Part shown: positions 52,696 to 64,000 of the stretch, piece by piece | Layout of the letters: each line of letters begins with the position of its first letter | Position numbering within the stretch: position 1 is the stretch's first letter | DNA from: Octopus sinensis | Taxonomy: Eukaryota | Assembly (NCBI RefSeq): GCF_006345805.1 | Contig: NC_043005.1 | Span: 78,926,001-78,990,000, forward strand | Direction: 5' to 3' | DNA length: 64,000 bases | Made by a program: the position numbers and the translations under genes | Notes under the pieces: model-generated | What the model was told of the DNA's origin: nothing | What the model saw: only the letters and a program-made list of their open reading frames with translations | The model's database searches: none

Positions 52696-53158
52696 CTCTG
52701 TACTATAAAACACAGTGCTTGTCTCCCACATAATTCTATTGACCTCGAAATAGTGGCAGACAAAGGGGTTGGGTTTATAAGATTTGAACACAGAATACAG
52801 AAAGCTGGAACGAAATACCGCAAAGCATGTTTTCTAACGATGTAACAATTTTACCATATTGCTGCCTTAAACAAGGGAGATAACCGGAACGAATAAGACA
52901 AGATATTTTATCGAACGCTCTAACTATACCATCACCCTTCGTAATATTATGAATAATAACATTTGCAGTTTTACTTCAGGTACATGGACAATAATTTTAA
53001 GTAGAAGGGATTAATCAATATCATCCACTCCATTATTAGAACGGAACTGTTTTATCGACCAATGAAGAATAAAGGCAGTGCGAACAGCACCAGTGGGAGT
53101 AGTAGTAATAGAGGTTGTAATAGCGGCAGTAGCAGTATTATTATTATTATTATTATTA

Positions 53159-53236
<78 letters not shown>

Positions 53237-53606
53237 TATTATTATTATTTTATTATTATTATTATTATTATTTATTATTATTATTAGTAGTAGTAGTAGT
53301 AGTAGTAGTTGTAGTAGCAGTAGCTGGAACAAATGACATGAAGCAATTTTTCTGACGCTCCAAAGGGTCTTCCTGGCCACCCTCTGAAATAATTGTATCT
53401 ATTTTAGGCACAAGGCCGACAGATTTGAAAGTTGGCGGTAAGTCGATACCATCACCACCTTACAGTAACTTGAATATTAATTTCTTAACCCCCACCCTCC
53501 ACCCGAGATTATGAAAGCAAAATCGACTTCTTTGGGATTTGGAGGCAGAACCTAAGACCGGACATTTTAACGATTCTGCCAATCTATTGACACATTCTCA
53601 AAAGAA

Positions 53607-53639
<33 letters not shown>

Positions 53640-53856
53640 TGATGTTGATTTCAGATTTAGGCACGAGGCAACAAATTCAGTGAGGAGAGTAAGTCGATTA
53701 CATCGACTCCAGTGCTCAACAGGTACTTATTTTGTCGACCTCGAGACATGAAATTAAAGTTGCCCTCGTCGGAATTTGAACTCAGAACGCAGGGACAGAC
53801 GAAATGACGCTAAGTATTTTGCCGAGAACGGCAACGATTCTGTCAGCTCGCCACCT

Positions 53857-53901
<45 letters not shown>

Positions 53902-53928
53902 ACTACTACTACTAATAATAATAATAAT

Positions 53929-54229
53929 GTTTGTCCCTTCTCGAGCCATGCCTGGCTCATAGGGCCGGTTTCCAGGTTTCCTTGTCATATAGGTTCCCCA
54001 CCTGGACGGAACGCCAGTTCGTTGCAGGTGAGCTGCAAGATGCAGGAGAAAAGAGTGAGAGAAAGATGTGGCGAAAGTGTCAGCAGAAGTTCGCCATTAC
54101 CTTCTGCCGGAGCCGCGTGGAGCTTAGGTGATTCACTCATAAACACACACATCGCCCGGTCTGAGATTCGAACCCGCGATCCCTTGACTGCGAGTCCGCT
54201 GCCCTAACGACTAGGCCATGTTCCTCCAC
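53929..54229 (-). mobile_element. Chimeric SINE: family B head and body with family A tail
   Basis: Head GCAGCGGACTCGCAGTC and body CTAAGCTCCACGCGGCTCCGGCAG are B-type. Tail CGTTCCGTCCAGGTGGGGAA..GAAACCGGCCCTATGAGCCAGGCATGGCTCGAG is A-type. Confidence 0.85.
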
Positions 54230-54239
54230 AATAATAATG

Positions 54240-54294
<55 letters not shown>

Positions 54295-54295
<1 letters not shown>

Positions 54296-54946
54296 GTCGA
54301 CAGAGTGGATGGAACCATTTCCTATATCACGAACGAATACCCTAGACTTGCCCAAAACCACTACAGGTTGTGGCGACAAGCCCTGGTAGTGAAAGTGCCA
54401 CTTTGGAAACTGTGTGAAAAGTGGGAGCTAGAGAGCGGCAAGACGTGGTGTGAGCAGAAATCGCAGAGAGTGGCGGAGTCAGGGACTAGAAAATCCTCTG
54501 GGATTTTCCAATCTAAATCGAACAGGTGCTAGAGCATAACCGGCCGGATATGACTGTGGACAAAATACACCACATATGGTATATAGCTGATGTTTCATGT
54601 CCCTTTAACCCACGAATAGTCAAGAAGGAAGGCGAAAAGATAAATAAATACACATCTCTTAACTACGAAATAACCTGGCAATGGAAAATGAAGAAAGTGA
54701 AGATATTGCCATTTATTCTTCGGTTCTTGGTGAAAGTATCAGAAAGCATGAAGGAGAGTATAAAGGAAATTGAAATAGAGTGCCCAGTTGAGCTTGCAAA
54801 AGGTTTGCTCCCTTAGCACAGCCAGAATAATCAGGGAAGTACGAGATAGCTGAAAAGAATATATAGCATGATATTGAAGGCAGCAAGTAGTAAACCCGGT
54901 ACGCATGCAAGATTCCAGGAGCTCCAAGAAACCTGTGATAAAGAGA
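54295..54946 (+). mobile_element. 5'-truncated R4/Dong LINE: RLE domain and 3' end within (TAA)n
   Basis: PRLAQNHY..WKLCEKW..LEHNRPDMTVDK..IADVSCPFNPRIVKKEGEKINKYTSLNYEITWQWKMKKV (PD..D..K RLE motif). (AAT)n lies on both sides. Confidence 0.9.
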
Positions 54947-55429
54947 AATAATAATGATAATAATCCTATCTATAATAATAGATACAAGGCCTGAAATTTT
55001 AGGGAAGGATAGTCAATTACATCGACCTCAGTACTTGACTGGTACTTAATTTATTGACCCCGAATGGATGAAAGGCAAAGCCGACCTCGGCGGGATTTGA
55101 AGGTAGAACGTAAAGACGGACGAAATGCCGCTAAGCATTTCGTCCGATGTCCTAACTATCCTGCCACCTCGCCGACTTACTACTACTGCTACTACTACTA
55201 CTAATAATAATTATTATTTTTTCTACTATAGGAAGAAGGTCAGAAATTTGTGAGGAGGGGATTAGTCGATTACACCAACCCCAGTGGTACTTATTTCATC
55301 GAGCTCGATAAAAAGGATTAAAGGCAAAGTCGACCTCGGCAGAATTTGAACTCAGAACGTAGAGGCATGCACGCGAAATACCGTTAAACATATCGCCCGG
55401 CGTGCTAGCGATTCTACCAGCTCGCCATA

Positions 55430-55458
55430 ATTATAATAAAAGTAATAATAATAATCAA

Positions 55459-55514
<56 letters not shown>

Positions 55515-56025
55515 TGATGATGTTTATAATATTAATAATAATAATAATAATAATAATGATAGTAATAGTAATAGTAATTATAATAGTAATAATAGTAATA
55601 GTAATAGTAATAATAATATTAATAATAATAACAACAACAACAACAACAACAATAATAATAATAATAATATATAATAATAATAATAATAATAATAATGATA
55701 ATAATATTACAGATCAAGATAATAATCAGTTAGATTATTTTTAAAGAAACCAGAATGGGACAATATTAAACATAGTAACATATTTATAGAATTTCCAATT
55801 CTCTGTTTGCATTTTATTATCTCAAAGAATGTTTTCTAAATTGTAAACAAGGAACAAAATACAAAAAAAAAAACTTGAAAAAAAAAATTCAATGAAAGAA
55901 AAACATTGCAGTAAACCTGGAAAAATATTAAAAATTTTATTTAAATTCTTTTTATTTATTGTATATTTTATTCGGCATTTCAGCATTTGAAATGCATAAT
56001 CTTTAGATACTTCATGTTTTTTATT

Positions 56026-56059
<34 letters not shown>

Positions 56060-56450
56060 TATTATTATTATCATTATTATTATTATTATTATTATTAATG
56101 CATTTTACCAAATTGTGATATTTGTTAGTTATAATTATTGTTGTTCGTCTTGTTTTTGTAGCTATTAATTCGTTTTGTCCTATCTTTTTTTCTCTCTCTT
56201 CTCATTCTATTTTTTCTGTTCTGCTGTCTTTCTTTTATTTTGTTTTGTTTTCTTTATTTATCATTATTATTATTATTATTTTTTTGATTTGGTTCTAACT
56301 ACACATGTTCACGACAGAAACACAGAATTATTATAATTCATCGTTTTACCGAATTTGGATTCAAATATAAACACAATGCAAAAACGCGAAATTCACCCTC
56401 CTCCCCACCCTTATAAATAATAATAAACATAATAATAAAAATAATAATAA

Positions 56451-56504
<54 letters not shown>

Positions 56505-56580
56505 TAATAATAATAATAATAATGATAACAATAATAGTAGCAGTAGTAGCAGCCATGGCAGCAGCAGCAATATCAGAGGC
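55430..56580. repeat. Extended (AAT)n/(ATT)n microsatellite blocks
   Basis: Directly visible. Confidence 0.9.
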
Positions 56581-57383
56581 AAATAACAAAGTTTATTGAT
56601 TATAAACATTAGTCGTCTTTGACTCATCCTTAATTAAATTATTCTATCTAACAATAGATTCAATTTTCTCCTTGTTTTATTAATTATGCCATTTATCAGC
56701 TCCTATCTTTGTGAAGTATTCACTTCGGATAGTTTAATTTCCTGATAATTATTATCTCCTTCCAGGTTTTAAAATTTCACTTCTCTCTTTCCCCTTACTG
56801 CTCTCTCTCTCTCTCTTTCTCTCTGCTTGTCTCTCTCTCTCTCTCTCATGTTTCTCTTTCCTCTATTCTCTCTCTCACCTTTTCTGTCTGCTTTCGTCTA
56901 CCTTTCATTCTACATTCACTTTCATTTTTGAATGTAAATCAAAAGTTGTTTTATTCTGTTTTATTCCGTTTTTTTTTCTATTATATTTTCTTTTTTTTTC
57001 TCCATTTTGTTTCTATTTCTATATTTTACTACGAATTATGATTCAATTTATTGATTTCATTAGGCTTTAAATACTTTTTTCCTGTTTTGAGATCGATACA
57101 GTTTTCAGCAATTTATCGTCTTTTATGCTGTATTCTTTCTTTTAAATTCTTTACTCTTTTCTGTTTAGTCCAACCTTCTCGCCTTCTCTGTATTTTCTTT
57201 TTCATCTCCAGCAATTTACTTCTAAAATAAGTTTCTTCCATCGACGTATAGAACATCCTCCAGCCATACTTTTAAAATGTAACCAATATATATGCACATA
57301 GATTCATACATACATGCATACAATGTATACATAATACGCACACAGACACACTCACACAAACACATATATATATATACGTTATA

Positions 57384-57471
<88 letters not shown>

Positions 57472-58054
57472 GTATATATGTATATATATGTATGCATGTA
57501 TGTATTTACACTCACTAGCCTTCATTAATATCTCTTCGAGTACGCATTTAGACATTTAAAGTTATTTTGTGGATGACTGAGCTGGAGATTCTATTTCTTA
57601 ACATTTTAAGCATTTAAAAAAAATATTTTCCCTTGTAATTACGACAAAAAGCAACAAACAGCAACAACAACAACAACTGCAACAACAACAACAACAACAA
57701 CAACAGCAACTACAAAGAACTTAGTTACTGATTATTTTAGGATAACGTAAAAACAATATGAAAGCATGTGTCGGTGGAATTAAATGATATCACGTGATAG
57801 TAATTGCTTTCCTGCTGAAGTAGAATCAGAAATATTCACAGAGCTGTGTAGCAAAATTAAATTTGTTTCATTTGCATTACAGACGACGTTCAAGTGGACT
57901 GGGAATGTAAGGTTTATTAGTTAATCCAGGTGTCGTGCGCGCTCATTCTGTTGCCACTCAAGCGCAGTAGCGCACTGTAAAATACGTTTAGGTGCTTAAT
58001 GAACCATGTCGCTTAAACGTACATAGCACACGAGGAGAACTACTGCATATATAT

Positions 58055-58149
58055 ATATGGCACCTTGGGCAAGTGTCTTTTACTATAGCCTCGGCTCGAC
58101 CAAAGCCTTGTGAGTGGTTTTGGTAGACGGAAAGTGAAAGAAGCCTGTC

Positions 58150-58190
<41 letters not shown>

Positions 58191-58450
58191 TGTGTGTGTG
58201 TGCGTGTGTGAGTATATGCATGTGTGTGTGTGTGTGCGTGTGTGTCTGTGTTTGTTCCCCAACCATCGTTTGACAACCGATGCTGGTGTATTTACGTCCA
58301 TGTAAATTAGCTACTCGGCAAAAAAGACCGATACAATATATACTGGTATTACAGAGAATAAGTCCTGGAGTCGATTTGTTCGACTAAAGGCGGTGCTCCA
58401 GCATGGCCACAGTCAAATCATTGAGACAAATCAAAGAATAAAAGAAAGGA
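58055..58450 (+). mobile_element. Family C SINE, 5'-truncated
   Basis: GGCACCTTGGGCAAGTG through CTAAAGGCGGTGCTCCAGCATGGCC. Confidence 0.88.
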
Positions 58451-58511
58451 ATAAAAGTATACACCCCTCACACACATATGTATATATATATATAATATAT
58501 ATATATATATT

Positions 58512-58565
<54 letters not shown>

Positions 58566-58663
58566 GTTAGTCCAAACATGAAAGCACAAAAAAACACAAC
58601 AACGGGAGGACGAGGATCAAATATAGTATTATTGGACGCTCAGGAAGGAAGGGAAGAAGGAGG

Positions 58664-58698
58664 GTTTAACGTTTCGAGCGGAGCTCTTCGTCGGAAAC
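58664..58698 (-). ncRNA. Minimal type I hammerhead (U4C core variant), copy 1
   Basis: GTTT-CCGACGA-A-GAGC-TCC-GCTC-GAAA-CG-T-T-AAAC. Confidence 0.7.
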
Positions 58699-58800
58699 AT
58701 AGGAGAAGGAAAGAACCAGAGAAGGGAAGACAGAGGAAAAAAAATCGCCAACGGTACACCTTATTTATATATATATATATATATGTATATATTATGTATA

Positions 58801-58832
<32 letters not shown>

Positions 58833-58851
58833 CTATATATATATATATATT

Positions 58852-58911
<60 letters not shown>

Positions 58912-59009
58912 GTTAATCCAAACATGAAAGCACAAAAAAACACAACAACGGGAGGACGAGGAACAAATATAGTATTATTGGACGCTCAGGAAGGAAGGGA
59001 AGAAGGAGG

Positions 59010-59044
59010 GTTTAACGTTTCGAGCGGAGCTCTTCGTCGGAAAC
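59010..59044 (-). ncRNA. Minimal type I hammerhead (U4C core variant), copy 2
   Basis: Identical 35-nt motif, 346 nt from copy 1. Confidence 0.7.
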
Positions 59045-59160
59045 ATAGGAGAAGGAAAGATCCAGAGAAGGGAAGACAGAGGAAAAAAAATCGCCAACGG
59101 TACACCTTATTTATATATATATATATTGTATATATATATGTATATATATGTATATATATA

Positions 59161-59193
<33 letters not shown>

Positions 59194-60926
59194 AGAGCAG
59201 GAATGGCTGTGTGTTACGAAGCTTGTTTCACAACCACATGGTTCCGGGTCCATGTCACTGCATGGCACCTCAAGCTGGTGTCTTCTAATACTTCCTTCGG
59301 GGTTGTTAGAACAACCTCGTCGTAATATGCCCTTGTGTGTGCGAGTGTGTGTGTGTGTGAGTTGTGTGCGAGTTGTGTGTGTCTTTGTGCATATGTTTGT
59401 CTCCCACCACCGCTTGTCAACTGGTGTTGGTGTATTAATGTCCTTCTTATTTAGCGGTTCTGCAAGTTCGAATAAAAAATTTCTTGAATTCCCTTTTGTT
59501 AGAGATTACGAAACAACAGCATAACAACAACAACAACAACAACAACAACAATAACAACACAAACAACCACAGTAGCTGCAGTAGCAGAGGGAACAGCCCC
59601 GTTTATATGTCCAGCCAATGAGGTGGACTGAGTGAAAATGCCAACTACTAGAAATAACTACCATATATTTATTTATATCAGTATATATATTAGTGCTTAC
59701 CAACCATTAATTTTCTAATTACGGATCACTTCAATTCCTCTTCAGCCAAGATGAGCCATCATAACCATTCGATGCATTGTAGAAGTATAAACAATTTATT
59801 GCAGATAAATTCTAACAACAAAATCTTATACAGACCCCTAAAAGTTTTATAGAACCCCGTTGAGGGCCACTGATTTATATCATACAACGATAACTTTAAA
59901 AACAAACGACATGTTGGATAATGAAATCTTAGGTATACAATGCATTAAAATTTTGGGGGATTGCCAAGGCTAGAAATCCTTTTAATGCAGGTTTACTGCT
60001 CAGGCTAACTGGGGCTACAATTAATAAGGTCGACTAGTTTAACATTCTCATTGGGAAACTTGGATACGTGATTAATTCAGATGGATTTTACTTATTTTGG
60101 GTTTATACCCTCAAATAATGATATTGTTATTATTAGTAGTAGTTGTAGTGTTTGTGTAAATAATGTACCCCATAAAAAAATGTAAACAAAACTGCTACAA
60201 TTAGTTGATCAATATCTTAAACCAAGCCTTAACTGTAATTACCAGTAGAGGTGATTCTAGGACCAGGATTCAATTCAATTTAAAAAGGTAATGCTATCAC
60301 CTTCAACTGGCTACCAACGCAGGACGCATGTTTGAATCAGTTCACTTTGAAAACGTCGAGAGTGACGACTCATGATGAAATTGCAACGACAAGGGAGCGT
60401 AATTGCATACAGAACAATGGGAAATCGCTACAGTCGAAACATATGTCGGTCAGTATTATATATTCTCTTTTACTCTTTATTTCTTTCAGTCATTTGACTG
60501 TGGCCATGTTGGAGCACCGCCTTTAGTCGAGCGAAACGACCCCAGAACTTATTCTTTGTAAGCCTAGTACATATTCTATCGGGCTCTTTCGCCGAACCGC
60601 TAATTTACCACGCTGTGGAACTGAACCCGAAACCATGTGGCTGGTAAGCAAGCTACTTACCACACAGCCACTCCTACGCCTATATGCTGTAGAAATTTTT
60701 TTAATAAAAATGTTTTGTACGTGAATAAATCTCCACTCTCCGCTTCTTTATCAATTATGTACTCTACAGAATATTTCCAGTTCTGTATAGGAACACGGAA
60801 CTAACCAACGAGTGAAGCTGACCAGCACAAGTATCTCTTTTAAGCTTGAGTATTGTATAATTGGACCGTTGCGAATGCCCGGTATCAATAACAATTTGTG
60901 AGATGGTACGGTATTCACCAAGATAA

Positions 60927-61157
60927 GGCGGCGAGCTGGCAGAAACGTTAGCACACCGGGTGAAATGCGTAGCCATATTTCGTCTGCCATTACGTTCTGA
61001 GTTCAAATTCAGCCGAGGTCGACTTTGCCTTTTATCCTTTCGGGGTCGATAAATTAAGAACCAGTTACACACTGCGGTCGATGTAATCGACTTAATCTGT
61101 TTGTCTGTCCTTGTTTGTCCCCTCTGTGTTCAACCCCTTGTGGGTAGTAAAGAAATA
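60927..61157 (+). mobile_element. Family D2 SINE monomer with a 17-bp flanking direct repeat
   Basis: Full head GGCGGCGAGCTGGCAG, ending GTAGTAAAGAAATA. GGTATTCACCAAGATAA occurs at 60910-60926 and 61158-61174. Confidence 0.92.
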
Positions 61158-61249
61158 GGTATTCACCAAGATAATTCATCCTTTTTATACTCTATTCAAT
61201 ATACGTACATATCACACGTACACACACAAACATATATTTTTTATTCTTT

Positions 61250-61700
61250 TATTCTTTTAATTCTTTCAGACATTCGACTGAATGTCTGAATCATGCTGGG
61301 GCACCGTCTTTAGTCGAACAAATCGACCCCAGGACTTATTCTTTGTAACCTAGTACTTATTCTGTGGATCTCTTTGCCTATCCGCTAAGTTACAGGGACG
61401 TAAACACACCAGCATCAGATGTCAACCGATGGTGGTGGGACAAACACAGGCGCACAAGCATACACACACTCACACACACACACACGCACGCACACACACG
61501 TACATAGACACACACACACAAACACATATATATACGACGGGATTCTTTCAGTTTCCGTCTACTAAATCCACTCACAAGGCTTATGTTGGCCCGAGGCTAT
61601 AGTAGAAGACATTTGCCCAAGATGCCACACAATGGGACTCAACCCGGAACCATGTGGTTGTTAAGCAAGCCACTTACCACATAGCCACGCCTGCGCCTGG
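61250..61700 (-). mobile_element. Family C SINE
   Basis: Full reverse copy ending CCACGCCTGCGCC. Confidence 0.88.
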
Positions 61701-62119
61701 CTACTAACCACATTTCTTTATTATATACGTATCTATGCGTGTGTGTGTGTGTGTGTGCGCGCGTAGATGTGTGTGTATCTTTGTGACTGTCTTTTGCTCG
61801 CTACCGCATCGGTGTTGTATTTATGTTCATGTTACTTAGCTGTTCGGCAAAGACACCGATAAAATATATATACCAAGCTTAAAGAATTAAGTACAGGGTC
61901 GAATTTTTCGACTACAAATTCTTGAGGGTGGTGTCCCAGCATGGCCACAGTCTAATGGCTGAAACAAGTAGAAGACAAAAAGTAAAAGAAAAGATCAGTT
62001 AGCTATTAGCGGCAGAAGCAACCTTTATAATGATGTGACAGAGCCTCGCTAATTTTCACGGATGGTTTCTAGCATTATAAATAGAGTAAAAATGCGATCG
62101 AAAACCGTGTAAAATATTC

Positions 62120-62590
62120 TTTTCTACTCTAGGCACAAGGTCCGAAGTTTTAGGGAAGGGGAACAGTCGATTATATCGACCCCAGTGCGTAACTGGTACT
62201 TATTTAATCGACCTCGAAAGGATGAAAGGCAAAGTCGACCTTGGCAGAATTTGAACTCAGAACGTAGCGGCCGACGAAATACTGCTAAGCATTTCGCCCG
62301 GTGTGCTAACGTTTCTGCCAGCTTGCTGCCTTAGCCATGTAATATACTTATTTATGTGTTGCCCATAAGGGGCTAAACATAGAGGGGACAAGCAAGAACA
62401 CACAAAGGGATTACGTCGATTACATCGACACCCAGTGCGTAACTGTTACTTATTTAATCGACTCCGAAAGAATGAAAGGCAAAGTCGACCTCGGCAGAAT
62501 TTAAACTCAGAACGCAACGGCAGACGAAATACTGCTAAGTATTGCGCCCGGCGGGCTAAAGATTCTACCTGCTCGCTGCCCTAGCTATGT
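62120..62590 (-). mobile_element. Two family D SINEs in tandem (D2 then D, each with a head)
   Basis: Two GAAAGGCAAAGTCGACC.YGGCAGAATTT bodies, with the D2 tail between them. Confidence 0.85.
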
Positions 62591-62639
62591 AAAACATTGA
62601 CGACATTCTGCGATTACGGGTGACGATCATATTGAGGTG

Positions 62640-63520
62640 TGGTGCCTGAAAATGTTCGTTTCAATATCCATCAAATTCTTAAAGAATCAGGCGTCTTTAA
62701 AATTTCATTCCACATGATTTTCAATGATAAAAACAAAACAAGAAATAAAAAACAACAAAAAATAAAAAAAAACAACAAAAACAAAGCAAGAAATAAAAAA
62801 ACAACAAAAATCAAAACAAACAAAAAAAAACAACAAAAAGAACTGGGGATTCATTATGTTGCTGCAAAATTTATTAACAAGGTGAGTACCTGTCACGCAT
62901 AGTCAGGACATGTCGAATTCTGATAAATTCGCCGAATTCTGATAAAATGAAAACTGGGAAAAATCAAATAGATAATCAAACATAGATATATGTGGCTGCG
63001 ATGTCGAATGAGAAAGTATATCGCCGCGATTAGAATAAAAACATAACTGTCTTAAACCTTAACGCGATGCAAGATGTGAGTTTTGAATGGAAGGGCGTTG
63101 AACTTCGTGTATTTGATCCACGTTCTCAGACCTTCAATAAAGAAATTTAGCTTGATACACTGAGGTGATTGGGAGAGAAATTCCGCAGGAAAGGGCGAGA
63201 GTTTTAGTCAAAACAAATCTAGATGCAGTACCATGACCATTCTTATGCAGTAAAAGATTCTTCATTCACAGCCATCCTTCTTTACCCAAAGGAATTGGCG
63301 CCGCAGTCTTTGTTATTTATGCTTTGCTCCTAAAGTTGAAATCCATAACTTTTACGCCTTGTTACATTTATTTTGCTAGCACTCTTCTGTTAGAACAATT
63401 ATAAGCAAGTCGTCTATAAAGACGTTCTATAACACAGTCATATTACAGATAAATCATATACAAACAGTGTAACATCGTGTGAAAAAACAGTAATAAATAC
63501 GTAACGTTGAAAGAGATAGA
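62640..63520 (+). pseudogene. Heavily decayed mariner transposase
   Basis: NVRFNIHQILKESG, LGIHYVAAKFI (cf. LGMRRVAAKFVP), FEWKGVELRVFDPRSQTFNKE (cf. FDxxGIVHxEFxPxGQTVNxE), LR*LGEKFRRK..YHDH and LAP..KLK. An A-rich insert splits the N-terminus. Confidence 0.7.
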
Positions 63521-64000
63521 AGGCTAAAAAATGCAAATGGATTGTAGGATGAGGTAACGAAAATTAAATATAATCTTTCTTTTTCTTGCTGATACTGTTG
63601 TTCTTTTATCTGTCCTAAAAGTCCTTCTGTCTCTTTCAACGTCACATATACAATGCTCCAAGCAAACTTATAACCTTTTGTTACGAATAAATCTATCCTG
63701 TTGAACATTATAGTAACGAAATGACACATTGTTGCGCAATCTATCAGGAGAGAAATAGTGTTACATATCCAAATTGGTTTATCCAGTTTACTCTTGAGCC
63801 GCTAATATTAGTGGATTTATAGCCAATGTATCCATGGATATGAGAAGATACAAAGGTAGCATTGACCCATCCTATGTCACGTTGAATCTCACAGGAAACT
63901 ACGTTAAGGGTACGTATGTCTTTGGAGATGTATGTATGTATGTATGTATGTATGTATGTATGTATGTATGTATGTATGTATATATGTATGTATGTATGCA

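Larger units (their letters stand above)
53400..55430 (-). mobile_element. Four same-orientation family D SINEs interleaved with (AAT)/(ACT) tracts, a chimeric SINE and a Dong fragment
   Basis: Family D copies at about 53400-53580, 53650-53860, 54975-55180 and 55215-55430. Confidence 0.8.
58565..59110 (-). mobile_element. Tandem pair of ~195-bp hammerhead-bearing units separated by (TA)n (346-bp period)
   Basis: Units at about 58565-58765 and 58910-59110 differ at three positions by eye. Confidence 0.9.

Noticed and set aside
30055-54946. The Dong fragments at 30 kb (-) and 54 kb (+) being two halves of one inverted element
   Set aside because: They overlap in the SGC..LAQ..Y region, each has its own TAA junction, and they are 24 kb apart. 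Independent insertions are simpler.
62840-62887. Host exon ending AAG|GTGAGT at 62880
   Set aside because: The peptide LGIHYVAAKFINK belongs to the decayed mariner transposase.

Overview
This is repeat-saturated, AT-rich eukaryotic DNA with no bacterial-type genes, rRNA, bona fide tRNA or CRISPR array. I recognise the SINE families and the extreme microsatellite load as Octopus-like (coleoid cephalopod); this comes from memory, not a search. Nearly all ORFs in the supplied track are microsatellite or SINE artefacts. The window holds at least five tRNA-derived SINE types (my labels A-E) with exchangeable head, body and tail modules. It also holds decayed autonomous elements: R4/Dong RLE LINEs, CR1, RTE, Tx1/L1 ORF1 and RT, and two mariner transposases. 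There are several MITEs and, at most, one or two weakly supported host exons on the minus strand near 6.6 kb and 10.4 kb. The most notable signals are four. (1) Penelope/retrozyme-type hammerhead ribozymes: one canonical motif at 47632-47695 (+), a head-to-tail pair 346 nt apart at 58664/59010 (-), and a decayed copy at 12790 (-). (2) A Nin-like SINE whose GGTAT(T) 3' end appears to prime inside copies of itself, building headless tandem multimers. (3) A (TAA)n-embedded stack of a Dong LINE fragment and a fixed-length ~560-bp non-coding element. (4) A frameshift-free Tx1-like zinc-knuckle ORF1 with an apparent 5'UTR intron, sitting between the head and tail of one SINE. SINE and LINE-fragment boundaries are approximate; ribozyme, TSD and TIR coordinates were counted by hand.
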